A stretch of DNA of 64,000 nucleotides from an uncultured Spirochaetales bacterium (lineage in GTDB: Bacteria > Spirochaetota > Spirochaetia > Sphaerochaetales > Sphaerochaetaceae). The notes beneath the pieces are model-generated. The model searched no databases and had not been told where the DNA came from. It saw only the letters and a program-made list of their open reading frames with translations. Position 1 is the first letter of the stretch, and every line of letters begins with the position of its first letter. The stretch is from positions 2,221 through 66,220 of the forward strand of contig CASGDQ010000043.1 in NCBI GenBank assembly GCA_949300325.1. The letters are read 5' to 3'. Positions 61,841 to 64,000 of this stretch are shown in pieces. Both the position numbers and the translations under genes were made by a program.

Positions 61841-64000
61841 TTAGAATGGATAATAGAACATGATGCCGCAGTAAAATCTGAGAATGAAGGAAGTAGAAAG
61901 TATTGCAATCATCACAAATATGGCAAAGTAATCTGCAGGCCGCATCCTGCGGCTCATGTACCAGGTTCTTTTCTTGCGGTTCTTTCCGAATCCTCTGAGC
62001 ACCATTGCATTTGATATTGTATCTATCCTGTCCAAAGAGGAAAGAAGAAGCGGCCCCAGGACTTTTGAAACATTCGATATCCTTTTTCCCAGTCCGACAT
62101 TCTTTGATATATCCACTCCGCGGGCCATCTGAGCATTCATGATGTGTCTGAAATCGTCCGTAATCTCTGGGATGTATCTGAGAGTGAGAGCTACGGCATA
62201 GCTCACACGGTATGACAGCTTTAGCCTGTTAAGGGATGAGGCGAATTCAGAAGGGTGGGTTGCAAAAACGAATACAAGCGCAATAGGGAATATGGTGAAA
62301 TACTTAAGGCACACCGTAATCAGATATATGAGCGTCTCCAAGGACAAAGCATAATGCATGTCGGGATTCCCCAATATTATTGTCCTGCTTCCTATATAAT
62401 ATGTTCCCTGGTCAGGGGAGAATAGAAAGATTGCAAGGGCATTGACGGTTATCATGAAAAGCATGATGCACATCAATGGAACGAACCGCCTGAACGGAAT
62501 CTTGGAAAGAAGCATGACACAAATTGCAAGCGCAAAGGATCCAAGCAGCATCCTCAGATCGAATGTGGTCAGGCAGAGGATGAGCCATACTACGAGAGAA
62601 AGGAATTTCGTGACTCCATTAAGGCGATGGATCGGAGAGTCCACATCGATATAGGATAAGCCGAAGCCGTATTTCTTCTTTTCCTTATCCTTTTGCCGGC
62701 TCTTTTCCCTCCTTTCCTTCTTTTTATGGTTTTCTTCGAGCTTAGGGGACGCTTTTAACTTAAATTCAGGGCTGATGCTTTCTTTTTCCTGCTCTCCCTC
62801 ATCTTCCCTGTGGATAAATGTTCTGATGAAGGACGGCGCATCGTTTTGCAAAGACAGCATGCTGCAAAGGCTATAGAGGCTTGTGACTTTCAGATTTGCC
62901 TTTTTCATCAGATCCCTATCTGCAAAAACCTGAGAAATCTCACCGTCCCTGAGCAGCTCTCCGTCCGATATCACAATGGCCCGGCTGGTGTATTCAAGCG
63001 CAAGATGCATATCATGGGTGACAAAGATTATCGTGATCCCAAGCTTTTTGTTCAGGCTGTCAATGAATTTCATCAGTGCGGTGTAATGCCTGTAGTCCTG
63101 TCCCGCTGTCGGCTCGTCCAATATCAGCACCTCAGGATCGGAAACAAGGATTGATGCTATCGTGACCCTTTTCTTCTGTCCGTAGCTGAGTGCGCTGATC
63201 GGCCACTTATAATGCTTGCGAAGCCCGCAGAGCTCGAGGGTGGAAAGAACCTTTTTCCTGATCTCTTCCTCATCTATGCCTTTCTGCCGTAATGCAAAGG
63301 CCACCTCATCATATATCAGCGAATGGCTGATCATATGGTTCGGGTTCTGCATCACATAGCCGATCTTGCTGCTGAGATCAGTAATCCCAAGGCCGTCTGT
63401 ATCAACCCCGTCAACGGTTATATTGCCGCTGTCGGGTTTCAAAATACCTGTCAATAGCTGGGCAATGGTGCTTTTTCCGGCCCCGTTCTTTCCCAGAAGA
63501 GCACACATTTCTCCCTTTCTTATAGTGAAGCTGATATCCTTAAGCACATCTTTTTGACCATCATATGAGAAGAAAACGTTATTAAAGGATATTATCGCAT
63601 CATTTTCATTTTTGACCTCTTCGATTTTATGGGTCTGAAAAAATGATGCCATATCATCCTTGAATTGATCTACTTCCATATCTTCGATCGGACTGAGTTT
63701 TCCTTTTGCTTCAGAGAGATTGCAGCCGGCCATTTTGAGTGCGCTTATATAAAGAGGCTCCCGTATTCCAGCCTCTTTCAGCGCATTGCTCCTCAAAAGG
63801 GTCTCAGTATCTGTATTCAGTGTGATTTTTCCGTTTTCGATGAGGATAATCCTGTCCACAGGGCAGATCAGCACGTCTTCCAACCTGTGCTCGATGATTA
63901 TTATCGTCTTTCCAGTTTGGCGATGCAGCCGGTCGATAAGCCTTATTGCTGTCTCTCCTGTTGCAGGATCGAGATTGGCAAGAGGCTCATCGAATAAGAG
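61841..64000 (-). CDS. Fused ECF-type transporter: tandem ABC ATPase domains + EcfT/CbiQ-like transmembrane domain (5' end beyond window)
   Basis: The frame stays open to the window edge (LLFDEPLANLDPATGETAIRLIDRLHRQTGKTIIIIEHRLEDVL...), which is the end of a first ATPase domain. A second complete ATPase follows (GKNGAGKST, LSYGQKKR, LILDEPT), then a K/E-rich linker, then an EcfT-like membrane domain (ARGVD motif). Confidence 0.8.
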   Translation of the reverse strand, partial: LLFDEPLANLDPATGETAIRLIDRLHRQTGKTIIIIEHRLEDVLICPVDRIILIENGKITLNTDTETLLRSNALKEAGIREPLYISALKMAGCNLSEAKGKLSPIEDMEVDQFKDDMASFFQTHKIEEVKNENDAIISFNNVFFSYDGQKDVLKDISFTIRKGEMCALLGKNGAGKSTIAQLLTGILKPDSGNITVDGVDTDGLGITDLSSKIGYVMQNPNHMISHSLIYDEVAFALRQKGIDEEEIRKKVLSTLELCGLRKHYKWPISALSYGQKKRVTIASILVSDPEVLILDEPTAGQDYRHYTALMKFIDSLNKKLGITIIFVTHDMHLALEYTSRAIVISDGELLRDGEISQVFADRDLMKKANLKVTSLYSLCSMLSLQNDAPSFIRTFIHREDEGEQEKESISPEFKLKASPKLEENHKKKERREKSRQKDKEKKKYGFGLSYIDVDSPIHRLNGVTKFLSLVVWLILCLTTFDLRMLLGSFALAICVMLLSKIPFRRFVPLMCIMLFMITVNALAIFLFSPDQGTYYIGSRTIILGNPDMHYALSLETLIYLITVCLKYFTIFPIALVFVFATHPSEFASSLNRLKLSYRVSYAVALTLRYIPEITDDFRHIMNAQMARGVDISKNVGLGKRISNVSKVLGPLLLSSLDRIDTISNAMVLRGFGKNRKKRTWYMSRRMRPADYFAIFVMIAILSTSFILRFYCGIMFYYPF

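Noticed and set aside
1-64000. Mobile elements, CRISPR arrays, tRNA/rRNA genes, prophage or defence-system genes
   Set aside because: I found no transposase, integrase or Cas-like ORF, no regularly spaced repeats and no tRNA-like cloverleaf regions in the intergenic gaps. The mosaic order of the selenium/purine genes therefore cannot be attributed to a visible mobile element in this window.

Overview
Bacterial chromosomal window with about 60 protein genes. I recognised no rRNA, tRNA, CRISPR array or IS element. GC looks moderate by eye, and internal operon genes carry strong AGGAGG ribosome-binding sites. The source is probably an anaerobe; a Spirochaetota-like or Bacillota-like origin is only a guess. 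The main content is a physically split gene set for selenium-dependent molybdenum hydroxylases and anaerobic purine/urate catabolism. Its parts are ygfK-ssnA-ygeY (5.0-10.8 kb) and two xanthine-dehydrogenase-family enzymes, one being a ygfM-xdhD pair (13.8-20.8 kb). A cysteine desulfurase-xdhC-tetR operon lies divergent from yedE-yedF(TusA-like)-DUF3343-selD (20.8-26.1 kb). ygeW (32.2-33.4 kb) and yqeC-yqeB (41.5-43.7 kb) sit further right. Unrelated cassettes lie between these parts: a LacI-controlled tripartite tricarboxylate (TTT) transporter with a cytoplasmic Cys-type sulfatase; a metal block (ZIP, a FecB/CD/E-type ABC importer with an embedded SAM methyltransferase, CDF); and an MFS-hydrolase pair. 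The right third is mostly housekeeping: proA-proB, pncB-serS-proC-trmL, uppP, dinB, a PAS histidine kinase with an OmpR-type regulator, a HemA-like gene, and a fused ECF transporter cut by the window edge. Hunting results, in rough order of interest: (1) the selenium/molybdenum hydroxylase system itself, whose biochemistry is still largely unresolved; (2) a 17-bp motif matching at 16/17 positions, placed just upstream of the -35 of both the ygfK and ygeW promoters; (3) an XdhD-like subunit whose fused [2Fe-2S] domain has lost 7 of 8 cysteine ligands; (4) a tandem His/Cys-rich insertion in YgfK; (5) an XdhC-like chaperone with apparently permuted domain order; (6) paired perfect palindromic LacI operators; (7) recurrent -10 elements 5-8 nt from start codons without SD, suggesting leaderless mRNAs. 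All functional calls rest on motif and architecture recognition by eye. No database search was run.
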